Of a stretch of DNA of 64,000 nucleotides, positions 16,795 to 25,946 are shown one piece after another. The position numbers were made by a program, and so were the translations under genes. The notes beneath the pieces were generated by a model. It did not search any database. It was given only the letters and a program-made list of their open reading frames with translations, and had not been told where the DNA came from. How positions within the stretch are numbered: the first letter of the stretch is position 1; each line of letters starts with the position of its first letter. Source of the stretch: an uncultured Pseudomonadota bacterium. Its GTDB lineage: Bacteria; Myxococcota_A; Polyangia; Fen-1088. Location: NCBI GenBank assembly GCA_963847705.1, contig CAWKBC010000027.1:704001-768000 (forward strand). Direction: 5' to 3'.

Positions 16795-16823
16795 TTGACA
16801 ATCCGCGGGGTGGTCAGCATGAT
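16795..16823 (+). promoter_or_regulatory. Putative sigma70-type promoter of rpsT
   Basis: TTGACA-N17-CATGAT. Confidence 0.55.
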
Positions 16824-16850
16824 GCGCGCCCAAACGAGCGAAGGAATAAC

Positions 16851-17132
16851 GTGGCGAACATCAAGTCATCAGAGAAGGCGAACCGCCAGCGGGTCACGCG
16901 AACGGCGCGCAACGTGGCGCAGACGACGGCGATGCGGACGGCGATCAAAAAGCTCCGCGCGGCGCTCGGCGCCCAGAGCAAGGGGGGGGCCAAGAACCTC
17001 GCCCCGCTGCTGAAGAGCGCGGTCCAGGCCATCGACAAGGCGGCCTCCAAAGGGGTCATCAAGAAGGGGACGGCCTCGCGGTCGGTCTCTCGCCTGACGG
17101 TCGCGGTCAGCGGCGCCAGCGCCGGCAAGTAG
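16851..17132 (+). CDS. rpsT: 30S ribosomal protein S20
   Basis: MANIKSSEK...IDKAASKGVIKKGTASRSVSRL; AAGGA RBS. Confidence 0.97.
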   Translation: MANIKSSEKANRQRVTRTARNVAQTTAMRTAIKKLRAALGAQSKGGAKNLAPLLKSAVQAIDKAASKGVIKKGTASRSVSRLTVAVSGASAGK

Positions 17133-17192
17133 CGCCGTCGCGCGCTCGAGTCGCGCGAGAGGCATCACCGCCAACGTTCTGGCTTCGTGGAC

Positions 17193-18218
17193 CTAGCTTC
17201 GTGGACGCTCGGCCGAGCTTTCGGCGAGCGTCTGGACCAGACGCGACAGGGCGATCTCCGGGTCGAGCTTGGAGCTCTTGAGCTCGACGTCGGCGGTGTA
17301 GAGGCGCTCGAAGGCGCGCTCCAGCGAGGCGCGTGACATGCGGCGCGCCGGGACGAGCACATCGTCCAGGAAGAAGGGGTTGATCCCCACGCCGGCGGCG
17401 ATGTCGTTCCGCCCGGCGCCCGAGGCGAAGAGCTCCTTGGCGCGCCAGACCTGCCGCAGGTGGCGGGCCAGCATGAACTGGATGCGCAGCGCCGGCTCCC
17501 GGTTGCGGAGCATGTTGGTGAGGAGCGCCAGCGCGCGCCCGACGTTGCCGGCGCCGATCGCCTTGGTCAGCTCGAAGATCCCGCGCTCCCGCGTCTCGGC
17601 GATCAGATCCTCGACGTCGTCGACGCCGATCCCCTTGTCCCCGGCGTAGAGCGCCAGCAGATCGAGCGCCTGCGACAGCCGCCCGAGATCGGGGCCGGCA
17701 GAGGTGGCCAGCGCCTCGGCGGCGTCCGGCGCCAGCGTCAGCTTGCGCGCGCGCGCCTCCGTCCGCAGCCAGCCCGCCAGCGCCTGCTCGCGCAGCGGAG
17801 CGAAGACGTGCAGGTAGCCGCGCTTCTTGAGCATCTGAAAGGCCTTGAAGCGGACGTCGACCTTGTCGGCGATGAGCAGGAGGCAGGTCGACGGGTTGGG
17901 ATCCTCGGCGTAGCCGGCGAGCGGCTCGAGCTCGGCTGCCTTGACCTCGTCGATCGCCTTGCCCACCACCAGCCGCCGCTCGGCCAGCATCGGCAGCGTG
18001 CGCGCCGTGGCCAGCGCCGCGCCGAGCCCCTTCTCCTTGAGGTCGAAGACGTCCTGGTTGAAGGCGGCCGCGGCGCCCTGCTCGGCCACGACCGCGGCGC
18101 GGATGGCGGCGGCGGTGGCGTCGACCAGGTAGCGCTCGCCCGACAGACAGTAGATCGGCTCGATCTCGCCGCGGGCCACGGCGGCGGCGATGTCGGGCGG
18201 CGGAGAGGGCGGGGCCAC
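17193..18218 (-). CDS. holA: DNA polymerase III subunit delta
   Basis: PIYCLSGERYL, ARTLPMLAERRLV, IFELTKAI and DVELKSS. It has the typical location convergent with rpsT. The start codon is uncertain. Confidence 0.9.
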   Translation of the reverse strand: MAPPSPPPDIAAAVARGEIEPIYCLSGERYLVDATAAAIRAAVVAEQGAAAAFNQDVFDLKEKGLGAALATARTLPMLAERRLVVGKAIDEVKAAELEPLAGYAEDPNPSTCLLLIADKVDVRFKAFQMLKKRGYLHVFAPLREQALAGWLRTEARARKLTLAPDAAEALATSAGPDLGRLSQALDLLALYAGDKGIGVDDVEDLIAETRERGIFELTKAIGAGNVGRALALLTNMLRNREPALRIQFMLARHLRQVWRAKELFASGAGRNDIAAGVGINPFFLDDVLVPARRMSRASLERAFERLYTADVELKSSKLDPEIALSRLVQTLAESSAERPRS

Positions 18219-18247
18219 GCCCCGTTGTACTACAATGCCGCCGGGCG

Positions 18248-19324
18248 ATGGCAATCGCGCGTGCGCTGCTCCGCTGGTACGACCGGACCAAACGCGATCT
18301 GCCGTGGCGTCGCGACCCGACGCCGTACAAGACGCTCGTCTCCGAGCTGATGCTGCAGCAGACCACCGTGGCGGCGGTCATCCCGTACTTCGAACGCTTC
18401 CTCGGCCGGTTCCCCACGCTGGCCTCGCTGGCGGCCGCCAGCGAGGACCAGGTGACGGCGCTCTGGTCGGGGCTCGGCTACTACGCGCGGGCCCGCAACC
18501 TGCGGCGCGCGGCGGTGGCCGCCGTCGAGCAGCATGGCGGTGCGCTTCCCTCCAGCGAGGCGGCGCTCGGCGAGCTGCCCGGCCTCGGGCCCTACACGGC
18601 GGCGGCGGTGGCGGCCATCGCCTTCGGCGCGCGGACGTTCGCGCTCGACGGCAACGGCGCGCGGGTGATGGCCCGGCTCGGCGGCGTCTCCGATTCGATC
18701 GACCTGCCTGCCACCCGCCTGCGCCTGCGGGCGGCCGGCGCGCGCGAGGTGCCGCGCGGGCGCCCCGGCGACTTCACCCAGGCCGTCATGGAGCTGGGCG
18801 CCACCGTCTGCACCCCGCGCAACCCCCGCTGCGCCGACTGCCCGGTGCGCGCCGCCTGCGCCGCGCGCGCGGCCGGAGCGGTCGACGAGATCCCGCGCCG
18901 CACGAAGCGGGTGGCCCGGCCGGTGGTGCGCGTCGCCTGCGCCTGCGTGACCGACGGCGCGCGCGTCCTGCTGGTCAGGCGGGGGCGGGGCCTCCTGGCC
19001 GGGACCTGGTCGTTGCCCGAGGCAGCCGTCCTGTCGGCCGTGGGGGCGGCCGCCGCGCGCGACGTGGCGCGCCGGGTGGCCGCCGAGGTCGGCGTCCGCG
19101 CCGCGACCCTGGCGCACCACGGCGCGGTCCGCCACGTCTTCACCCACCGCGACGTCACGGCGGAGGTGTTTCGCATCGAGGTGAGCAGCGCCGGTCGCTC
19201 GCGCGAGGATCGCCGCTGGGTGGCCCCGGCCGAGATGCGAGAGCTGGGCGTCTCCAGCTTCACGCGCAAGACCGTGGCGCTGGGGCTGGGAGCAAAACGC
19301 GACAACGTGGCGCGACGGTCGTAA
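18248..19324 (+). CDS. mutY: A/G-specific adenine glycosylase
   Basis: RDLPWR, SELMLQQT, WSGLGYYARARNL, LPGLGPYTA, 4Fe-4S motif CTPRNPRCADCP..C and HVFTH. Confidence 0.95.
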   Translation: MAIARALLRWYDRTKRDLPWRRDPTPYKTLVSELMLQQTTVAAVIPYFERFLGRFPTLASLAAASEDQVTALWSGLGYYARARNLRRAAVAAVEQHGGALPSSEAALGELPGLGPYTAAAVAAIAFGARTFALDGNGARVMARLGGVSDSIDLPATRLRLRAAGAREVPRGRPGDFTQAVMELGATVCTPRNPRCADCPVRAACAARAAGAVDEIPRRTKRVARPVVRVACACVTDGARVLLVRRGRGLLAGTWSLPEAAVLSAVGAAAARDVARRVAAEVGVRAATLAHHGAVRHVFTHRDVTAEVFRIEVSSAGRSREDRRWVAPAEMRELGVSSFTRKTVALGLGAKRDNVARRS

Positions 19325-19332
19325 AAGGAGAC

Positions 19333-21309
19333 GTGGTGCGGCTCGGGATCTACCTCGTTCTCTTGTTCGCCGCCTGTGCGGCCTCGGGGCAGGTCGCGCC
19401 CAGCCTGCCGGGGACGTTCGGCTCGGGCGAGCCGCTGCCGGCGCCGGTGGTGCCGGAGCCAGGGAAACCGTCGACGACAGCGCTCAACGGGGCGGAGCTG
19501 CCGGGTGGCCTCGGCAACGACCCCGGCGGCGACGCCGACTTCGCGGAGGCCAAGGCGCGCTTCGACGCCGGCGACGCGGTGGCCGCGCGGCCGCTCCTGG
19601 AGGCGTTCCACGAGCACCACGCGCAGCACCCGGCCCGGCCGGCAGCCGATCTCATGCTGGCGCGGCTGGCGCTCGCGCGCGGCGACGCCGAGACGGCGAA
19701 GGGGCTGCTCTCCCCGCTGACCTCGCCGCCGCCCGACGAGGGGACGGGGTCGAGCGCCCGCTATTACCTGGGCCTGGCGGAGACGCGGCTGGGGAATTTC
19801 GCGCGGGCGCGCGAGCTGCTGTTGCCCTTCCTGCCGCCCGCCGGTGCTGCCGGCCCGGGCGACGATTCCCTGGTCGAGCTGCGCGGCGCTCTGGCCGAGG
19901 CCACCGCCGGCGCCGGCGACGTCCCCGCGGCGATCGAGCTGTGGGACGCCTACGCGCGCGGCGGCCACGCGTCGGAGAAGGCTTATGCGCGCGAGCGGAT
20001 CACGGCGCTCGCGGGCCAGCTCGCTCCCGACGCGACCGTCCAGACCTACCGCGCGGCCCCCGAGAAGGGGCTGGCGCGCGCGCTGCTCGGCGACGCGGCG
20101 GCGTCGGCGTTGCGCAGCCGCGGCGACAGCGCGGGCGCGGCGGAGATCATGTCGGAGACAGCGTCGGCGCGCACGGCCGCCGGGTTCGACCCGCCGGGAG
20201 CGCGCTCCGCGTCCCCGGGCGATCCGGGCCGCCTCGGCCTCGAGCTGGCGCTGTCGGGCCGATTTCAACCCGTCGGTGAGGCGGCCCTGCGCGCGGCCAT
20301 GCTGGCCACGGGCGCTCCCGCCGCCGCGGGTCTGCAGCTCATCGTGCGCGACGCGGGCGGCAACCCCGAGCGCGCGGGCGACGGCGTGGAGGACCTGGCG
20401 CGGGGCGAGTCGGTGATCGGTGTCCTGGCCGCGCTCGATCCCAAGGCCCTGGCTTTCGAAGCGGATGGTTCGGCCGCGCCGGCAGGACGAAGCGGCTTGC
20501 CCCTCCTGGTGCTCGACAGCGGGCCGGGCAAATCGGCCGGCTCGACGGTCGGCTCGACGTTCTACCTGGTCCACAACGCCTCGGCGCGCGCGCGTGCGCT
20601 GGCCGAGACCGCCTTGCGGGTCGGGGCACGCGACTTCGCGCTCATCGGGCCCGACACGGCCGCCGGCAAGGCGTTGCGGAGCGCGTTCAGGGGCGATGTC
20701 GTGGGGGGAGGCGGCCGGGTGGTGGCGGACGTGAGCTATCCGCCGGGCGCCACCTCGTTCACGGCGGCGGTCGCCACCATCAAGAAGTCGTCACCGCAAG
20801 TGCTGTTCGTGGCGGACGGCGCGGACCGACTGGAGCTGATCGCGCCGGCGCTGGCGGCAGCGGATCTGTGGGGTGCGCCCTGGGGCGCGCCGCGGCCGTC
20901 GGGCGCGCCAGGCAAGCCGCGCCCGCGCAACATCTTGTTGCTCTCGACCGCCTCCGATCTGTCGCCGCGCCTCTTGCAGAGCGCGGGGCGCTACGTTCAG
21001 GGGACGCTGCTGGCGCCCGGGTTCTACGCGGGCGCGGCCGATCCCCAGGCGCGCGGTTTCGTCGATGCCTACCACGCTGCCTACGAGCAGGATCCGCACG
21101 CCACCGAGGCGTACGCCTACGATGGGGTCAACGCCATCCGGGCCGCGGTGGCGGCAGGGGCGCGGACCCGCGTCGAGCTGACGAATGCGCTTTCGACCGG
21201 CACGTTCGAGGGGCTGACGGGCGCGCTCCACTTCGGCGCCGATCACGGCCGGGTCGATTCGACGCGCCTCTACGTCGTCGACGGGGACGAGATCAAGACC
21301 TACCGCTGA
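19333..21309 (+). CDS. Lipoprotein, LppC/LpoA-like penicillin-binding protein activator (TPR plus periplasmic-binding-protein fold)
   Basis: An AAGGAG RBS precedes GTG 19333. It has lipobox LFAAC, TPR helices, LALSGRFQPVG, EAYAYDG and FEGLTGALHFG. Confidence 0.78.
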   Translation: MVRLGIYLVLLFAACAASGQVAPSLPGTFGSGEPLPAPVVPEPGKPSTTALNGAELPGGLGNDPGGDADFAEAKARFDAGDAVAARPLLEAFHEHHAQHPARPAADLMLARLALARGDAETAKGLLSPLTSPPPDEGTGSSARYYLGLAETRLGNFARARELLLPFLPPAGAAGPGDDSLVELRGALAEATAGAGDVPAAIELWDAYARGGHASEKAYARERITALAGQLAPDATVQTYRAAPEKGLARALLGDAAASALRSRGDSAGAAEIMSETASARTAAGFDPPGARSASPGDPGRLGLELALSGRFQPVGEAALRAAMLATGAPAAAGLQLIVRDAGGNPERAGDGVEDLARGESVIGVLAALDPKALAFEADGSAAPAGRSGLPLLVLDSGPGKSAGSTVGSTFYLVHNASARARALAETALRVGARDFALIGPDTAAGKALRSAFRGDVVGGGGRVVADVSYPPGATSFTAAVATIKKSSPQVLFVADGADRLELIAPALAAADLWGAPWGAPRPSGAPGKPRPRNILLLSTASDLSPRLLQSAGRYVQGTLLAPGFYAGAADPQARGFVDAYHAAYEQDPHATEAYAYDGVNAIRAAVAAGARTRVELTNALSTGTFEGLTGALHFGADHGRVDSTRLYVVDGDEIKTYR

Positions 21310-22609
21310 CCGTCTTGCGGGGGCGCGCCCTGGCCGGCGGTGCGGCGCAGGCGACGGAGAGCCAACCGGCGCGCGCGTCGTAGCCGGAATCGGCGGCGCG
21401 CGAGATCATTCCCGGGATGCCGAGCCGACAGGCCTCGCGGAAGAAGGCGGCGCCGTCGCCTTCTACCTGGTCGAGGTAACGCAGGCAGGTGCGCTCGGCG
21501 ACCTTGCGAATCAGGGCCTCGAGCAGCGCCTTCCGCCGGGCCAGCGGGACGGCCCGCAGATCGTGACCGTCGAGGTAGGGGAGATCGAAGAGGTAGTAGG
21601 TCAGGACGGCGGGCCCTTCGCCGGCCAGCGTGCGCGGCAGCGCCTTCGGATCGGTGTGGCCGTCGGGCGCGACCGCGGCCAGCACGCCGTCGACGAGCAG
21701 GCTCGCCGCCGGCAACAGGCGGACGGCGTCGGCGACCGCCTGGCGCTTGCGCGCGGCCGCCGGTGGCAGCGCGGCGCCGGTGGGACCGAAGAGCCGCACC
21801 TGGCCGCTCTCGGCACGGGCCAGCAGCCGCTCGCCCGGGATCGCCATCTCGTGCAGCCAGCCGTCGCCCGCCGGAGGCGCTCGCCTGGCTTTCGCCTGGG
21901 GCGGACGGAGCGGCGCGGGGAAGGGGGCCTGCTTGGCCCCCGCCAGACCGGTCAGATCGACCTGTCCGCGGTTCGAGTGCCAGACGTGCGCGCGATCGGC
22001 GGCGATCTCCTCCAGCGTCCGCTGCGTGGCCACGCTCTCGGGGTGCGCCTCGGTCACGATGCCGGCTGCCTCGGGGCGGGTCTCGGCGTCCTTCTCCTTG
22101 ATGAGCAGCCAGCTCCGCTCGTCGTCGGCGCCGCCACGCGGGCCGCGCGGCTTGATCCGAACCAGCGCGAATCCGCCGCGCAGCTTGGTCCCCTTCAACA
22201 AAAACTTCAAGTTCCCGGCGGCGAAGGCCTGGTGCGGATCGGCGTCCTGCGGCTCCCAGGTCCCGCGATCCCAGAGCAGCACCGTCCCGCCGCCATACTC
22301 TCCTTTTGGGATGATCCCTTCGAAGTCGGCGTAGGCCATCGGGTGGTCCTCCGTCCGCATGGCCAGCCGTTTGACCGTCGGGTCGAGGCTGGGCCCCTTG
22401 GGGACCGACCAGCTCTTGAGGACCCCCTCCAGCTCGAGGCGAAAATCGTAGTGCAGCCGGGTGGCGGCGTGCTTCTGGATCACGAACGCCCGGGCACCGC
22501 CGGCGCGCCTCTCGGCCGCGGACGCCTGGCCGACCCGGTCAACTTCGTCACCGGGCGGCTCGCGCGTGACCTTGAAGTTCCGCTTGCGGTTGTATTCGGC
22601 GAGGCCCAT
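21293..22609 (-). CDS. ligD: LigD 3'-phosphoesterase domain fused to a degenerate, truncated ATP-dependent ligase domain
   Basis: The PE motifs FVIQKHAATRLHYDFRLE, SWSVPKGPSLDP and EDHP are intact. Ligase motif I reads WLHEMAIPG instead of HEIKxDG, and the protein ends before the OB domain. Confidence 0.85.
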   Translation of the reverse strand: MGLAEYNRKRNFKVTREPPGDEVDRVGQASAAERRAGGARAFVIQKHAATRLHYDFRLELEGVLKSWSVPKGPSLDPTVKRLAMRTEDHPMAYADFEGIIPKGEYGGGTVLLWDRGTWEPQDADPHQAFAAGNLKFLLKGTKLRGGFALVRIKPRGPRGGADDERSWLLIKEKDAETRPEAAGIVTEAHPESVATQRTLEEIAADRAHVWHSNRGQVDLTGLAGAKQAPFPAPLRPPQAKARRAPPAGDGWLHEMAIPGERLLARAESGQVRLFGPTGAALPPAAARKRQAVADAVRLLPAASLLVDGVLAAVAPDGHTDPKALPRTLAGEGPAVLTYYLFDLPYLDGHDLRAVPLARRKALLEALIRKVAERTCLRYLDQVEGDGAAFFREACRLGIPGMISRAADSGYDARAGWLSVACAAPPARARPRKTVSGRS

Positions 22610-22645
22610 CTCGTCGCGCCCGTCCTATGTTAATAACGTCTCCCC

Positions 22646-24364
22646 ATGCGGATGTCCCAGACTCTCATTCCCACGCTCAAAGAGGCCCCCTCCGAAGCGG
22701 AGGTCCCCTCGCACATCTTGATGGTGCGCGGCGGCTACCTGCGCAAGGTGGCGGCGGGTATCTACTCGTTCCTGCCGCTCGGCTGGCGCGTCGTCAAGAA
22801 GGTCGAAAAGATCATCCGCGAGGAGCTGGACCGCGCCGGCTGCTCGGAGGTCTTCCTGCCGGCCGTCATCCCCGCGGAGCTCTGGCAGGAGTCCGGCCGC
22901 TGGGAGAAGTACGGCGCGCAGTTGCTGCGCTTCAAGGACCGCAAGGGCGGCGACTTCGTCATCGGGCCGACCCACGAAGAGGTGATCTGCGCGCTGGTGC
23001 GGGACGATGTCCGGAGCTGGCGCCAGCTGCCGCTCAACCTCTATCAGATCCAGACCAAGTTCCGCGACGAGCTGCGCCCCCGCGCCGGCCTCATGCGCGG
23101 GCGCGAGTTCATCATGAAGGACGGCTACTCGTTCCACGTCAACGGGACCGACGCCGACCGCGAGTACAAGAACATGTACGACACGTACACGCGCATCTTC
23201 ACCCGCTGCGGCCTGGCGTTCCGGGCAGTCGAAGCCGACACCGGCAACATCGGCGGCTCGTCGTCGCACGAGTTCCAGGTCCTGACCGAGACGGGTGAGG
23301 ACGCGCTGGTCGCCTGCGACACCTGCGACTACGCGGCCAACGTCGAGCAGGCGGTGGCGAAGCCGGTCGCCGGCACGCCGAATCCGACGCAGCCCGTGAA
23401 AAAGGTGGCCACCCCCGGCAAGCACACGATCGCCGAGGTCTCCGGCTTCTTCGGGGTTCCGCCCGAGAAGCTGGTCAAGACGCTCATCTACCTGGTGGAC
23501 GGGAAACCTGCCGCCGTGATGGTCCGTGGCGACCGCGAGGTGAACGAGATCAAGCTGGCCAAGGCGCTGGGCGCCGACACGCTGGCGCTGGCCGGCGAGG
23601 CGGCGGTCAAGGAGGTCACCGGCGCGGGCGTCGGTTTCGCTGGCCCCGTCGGTCTGAAGACGCCGGTGCCCGTCTACGTCGATCTCGAGGTCGCGGTGCT
23701 CTCGGACTTCATCGTCGGCGCCAACGAGGACGACGCGCATCTGACCGGGGTCAACCTCGAGCGCGACTTCAGGCCGGCCGCCGTCGCTGACTATCGGACC
23801 GCCGCGGCCGGCGACGCCTGCGCGCGCTGCGAGACGGGGCACCTCAAGGCCTACCGGGGGATCGAGGTCGGCCAGGTCTTCGCCCTCGGCACCAAGTATT
23901 CGAAGCCGATGGGGGTGACCTTCCTCGACGTCGACGGGCAGGAGAAGCCGGCGGTGATGGGGACCTATGGCATCGGCGTCACCCGCATCGTCGCCTCGGC
24001 CATCGAACAGAGCCACGACAAGGACGGCATCATCTGGCCGGTGCCGCTGGCGCCCTACGAGGTGACGGTCCTCGAGCTGCAGCAGGACGACGACAAGGTC
24101 CTCGCCACCGCCAAGAAGCTTTACGAAGACCTGACCGCGGCCGGCATCGACGTGCTCTTCGACGACCGCGACGAGCGGCCCGGGGTCAAGTTCAAGGACG
24201 CCGACCTGATCGGGATCCCGTTCCGGCTCGCCGTCGGCAAGAAGGGGGTCGCCGAGGGGATCGTCGAGCTCAAGCGCCGCAACGGCAGCGAGGTTCGGAA
24301 GCTGAAGATCGACGAGGCGGTCAAGCTCGTCGTGGCGGAAGTCCAGGCGGAGCGAAAGTCATGA
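22646..24364 (+). CDS. proS: Proline--tRNA ligase
   Basis: GPTHEE, KFRDELRPRAGLMRGREFIMKDGYSF, INS editing domain (GANEDDAH) and GIEVGQVF. Confidence 0.98.
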   Translation: MRMSQTLIPTLKEAPSEAEVPSHILMVRGGYLRKVAAGIYSFLPLGWRVVKKVEKIIREELDRAGCSEVFLPAVIPAELWQESGRWEKYGAQLLRFKDRKGGDFVIGPTHEEVICALVRDDVRSWRQLPLNLYQIQTKFRDELRPRAGLMRGREFIMKDGYSFHVNGTDADREYKNMYDTYTRIFTRCGLAFRAVEADTGNIGGSSSHEFQVLTETGEDALVACDTCDYAANVEQAVAKPVAGTPNPTQPVKKVATPGKHTIAEVSGFFGVPPEKLVKTLIYLVDGKPAAVMVRGDREVNEIKLAKALGADTLALAGEAAVKEVTGAGVGFAGPVGLKTPVPVYVDLEVAVLSDFIVGANEDDAHLTGVNLERDFRPAAVADYRTAAAGDACARCETGHLKAYRGIEVGQVFALGTKYSKPMGVTFLDVDGQEKPAVMGTYGIGVTRIVASAIEQSHDKDGIIWPVPLAPYEVTVLELQQDDDKVLATAKKLYEDLTAAGIDVLFDDRDERPGVKFKDADLIGIPFRLAVGKKGVAEGIVELKRRNGSEVRKLKIDEAVKLVVAEVQAERKS

Positions 24365-25092
24365 CCCCGACCAAGCCTCCCCTGCACATCCCCTCGCGCG
24401 AGCGGGTGATCGTCGCGCTCGACGTCCCCGATTGCACTGCGCTGACCACGCTCCTCGATCGCCTCGATGGGCGGCCGGTGTTCTACAAGGTCGGCCTCGA
24501 GCTGTTCGTCGCCGAGGGGGAGCGGGCGGTGGAGATGGTGCGGGCCCGCGGCGGGAAGGTGTTCCTCGACCTCAAGCTGCACGACATCCCGGAGACGGTG
24601 GCCCGCGCGGTCACCTCCGCGGCGCGGGTGCAGGCCGACCTGCTGACGCTGCACACCTCGGGCGGCTACGAGATGCTGGCGCGCGCGGCCGAGGCCGCGG
24701 CGGGGCGGGTCAAGCTGCTCGGCGTGACCGTGCTGACCAGCCTGGCCGAGGACGATCTGCGCGCCGAGGGGGTCGAGCAGACCATCCCGGAGATGGTGCG
24801 CGCCCGGGCCCGCATCGCGGCGCGCGCGGGGATCGCCGGCCTGGTCTGCTCGCCGCACGAGATCGAGGCGGCCCACGGCGCGGCCCCCGGGCTGCTCATC
24901 GTCGTCCCCGGAATCCGGCCGACGGCCGTGCCCGGCGCCGCAAAAAAGGACGATCAGAAGCGGGTCGCCACTGCGGGACAGGCGATCACCAACGGAGCGG
25001 ACTACCTGGTCGTCGGGCGGCCGGTGCGCGACGCGCCGGATCCGGCCGCGGCGTTCGAGGAGCTGGTCCGAGAAGTCGAAGCCGGCGTGTGA
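24361..25092 (+). CDS. pyrF: Orotidine-5'-phosphate decarboxylase
   Basis: IVALD, FLDLKLHDIPETV, VTVLTS, PGIR and VVGRP. Confidence 0.97.
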   Translation: MTPTKPPLHIPSRERVIVALDVPDCTALTTLLDRLDGRPVFYKVGLELFVAEGERAVEMVRARGGKVFLDLKLHDIPETVARAVTSAARVQADLLTLHTSGGYEMLARAAEAAAGRVKLLGVTVLTSLAEDDLRAEGVEQTIPEMVRARARIAARAGIAGLVCSPHEIEAAHGAAPGLLIVVPGIRPTAVPGAAKKDDQKRVATAGQAITNGADYLVVGRPVRDAPDPAAAFEELVREVEAGV

Positions 25093-25850
25093 GCGACGAG
25101 CCTGAGCCGTCCACCCGCATCGTCTTCGGCGTCCGCCCGGTCGACGAGCTGGTGCGGGCGCGCCCGCGCGAGGTGAGCGTCATCTACGTCGCCGAGGGGA
25201 CCCGCTCGCCCGAGGTCGAGCGGGTGGTCCAGGCCGCCAAGGAGCGCGGCGTCACCGTCGAGATCCGGGCCCGGCGCCTGGTGGCCGAGATGGCGGGCGA
25301 CGCCGTCCACCAGGGGCTGGTGGCGGTGACGGGGCGGTTTCGTTACGTCACCATCGACGACATCCTGGGCGCGGCGACCCAGGTGAACGAGCCGCCGCTG
25401 GTGGTGCTGCTCGATGGAATCACCGACCCGCACAACCTGGGGGCCATCATCCGCAGCGCCGAGGTGCTGGGCGCTCATGGCGTGGTGATTCCGGCCAAGG
25501 GCGCGGCGCCGGTGACGGCCGGCGCGGTCAAGGCCTCGGCCGGCGCCACCGAGCGGGTGCGCATCGCCGAGGTCAACAACCTGATGCGCATCATCGACTA
25601 CCTCCGCGAGCGCGGCCTCACCGTCCTCGCCGCCGGCGCGGGCGACGGCGAGCGTCTCGATCGCCTCGACCTGGCCGGTCCGGTTGGGCTGGTCGTCGGC
25701 TCCGAAGGGAAGGGGACCCGCGAGGCGGTGGCGCGCCGGTGCAACGGCCGCTTCCACATTCCGCAGCGCGGGACGGTCTCGTCGCTCAACGCCTCGGTCG
25801 CCGCCGCCATCGCTCTTTACGAAGTCGCGCGCCAGCGGCAGCGCGGCTAA
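25089..25850 (+). CDS. rlmB: 23S rRNA Gm2251 2'-O-methyltransferase (TrmH/SPOUT family)
   Basis: GTGA overlap with pyrF. Motifs HQGLVA, LDGITDPHNLGAIIRSA, GSEGKG and SLNASVA. Confidence 0.92.
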   Translation: MSDEPEPSTRIVFGVRPVDELVRARPREVSVIYVAEGTRSPEVERVVQAAKERGVTVEIRARRLVAEMAGDAVHQGLVAVTGRFRYVTIDDILGAATQVNEPPLVVLLDGITDPHNLGAIIRSAEVLGAHGVVIPAKGAAPVTAGAVKASAGATERVRIAEVNNLMRIIDYLRERGLTVLAAGAGDGERLDRLDLAGPVGLVVGSEGKGTREAVARRCNGRFHIPQRGTVSSLNASVAAAIALYEVARQRQRG

Positions 25851-25946
25851 CCGCGTCGAGAAAAGCTCGACCCTGGCGCACGCGAGCTCTGCGCCGAGGC
25901 CGCTCATCTGATAGTGTTCGCGCCCCGGAGGCTCAGAAAAAAGCAG

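Noticed and set aside
14565-16820. Long antisense ORFs (this one, 50279..52786, 52986..55967, 36541..38721 and many others)
   Set aside because: These are expected stop-poor shadow frames in ~70% GC DNA. They lie opposite or out of frame to well-supported genes and show no recognisable motifs.
17182-17206. Direct repeat GCTTCGTGGAC x2 at the holA stop, as a possible att site or target duplication
   Set aside because: The copies are adjacent with nothing inserted between them, and no integrase is nearby.
18190-19332. N-terminal 380 aa of the 1039-aa ORF
   Set aside because: It is an off-frame shadow over mutY. The real lipoprotein starts at GTG 19333 after an AAGGAG RBS.
24432-25088. Long N-terminal extension of rlmB
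   Set aside because: It is a shadow frame over pyrF. The GTGA overlap gives the start at 25089.
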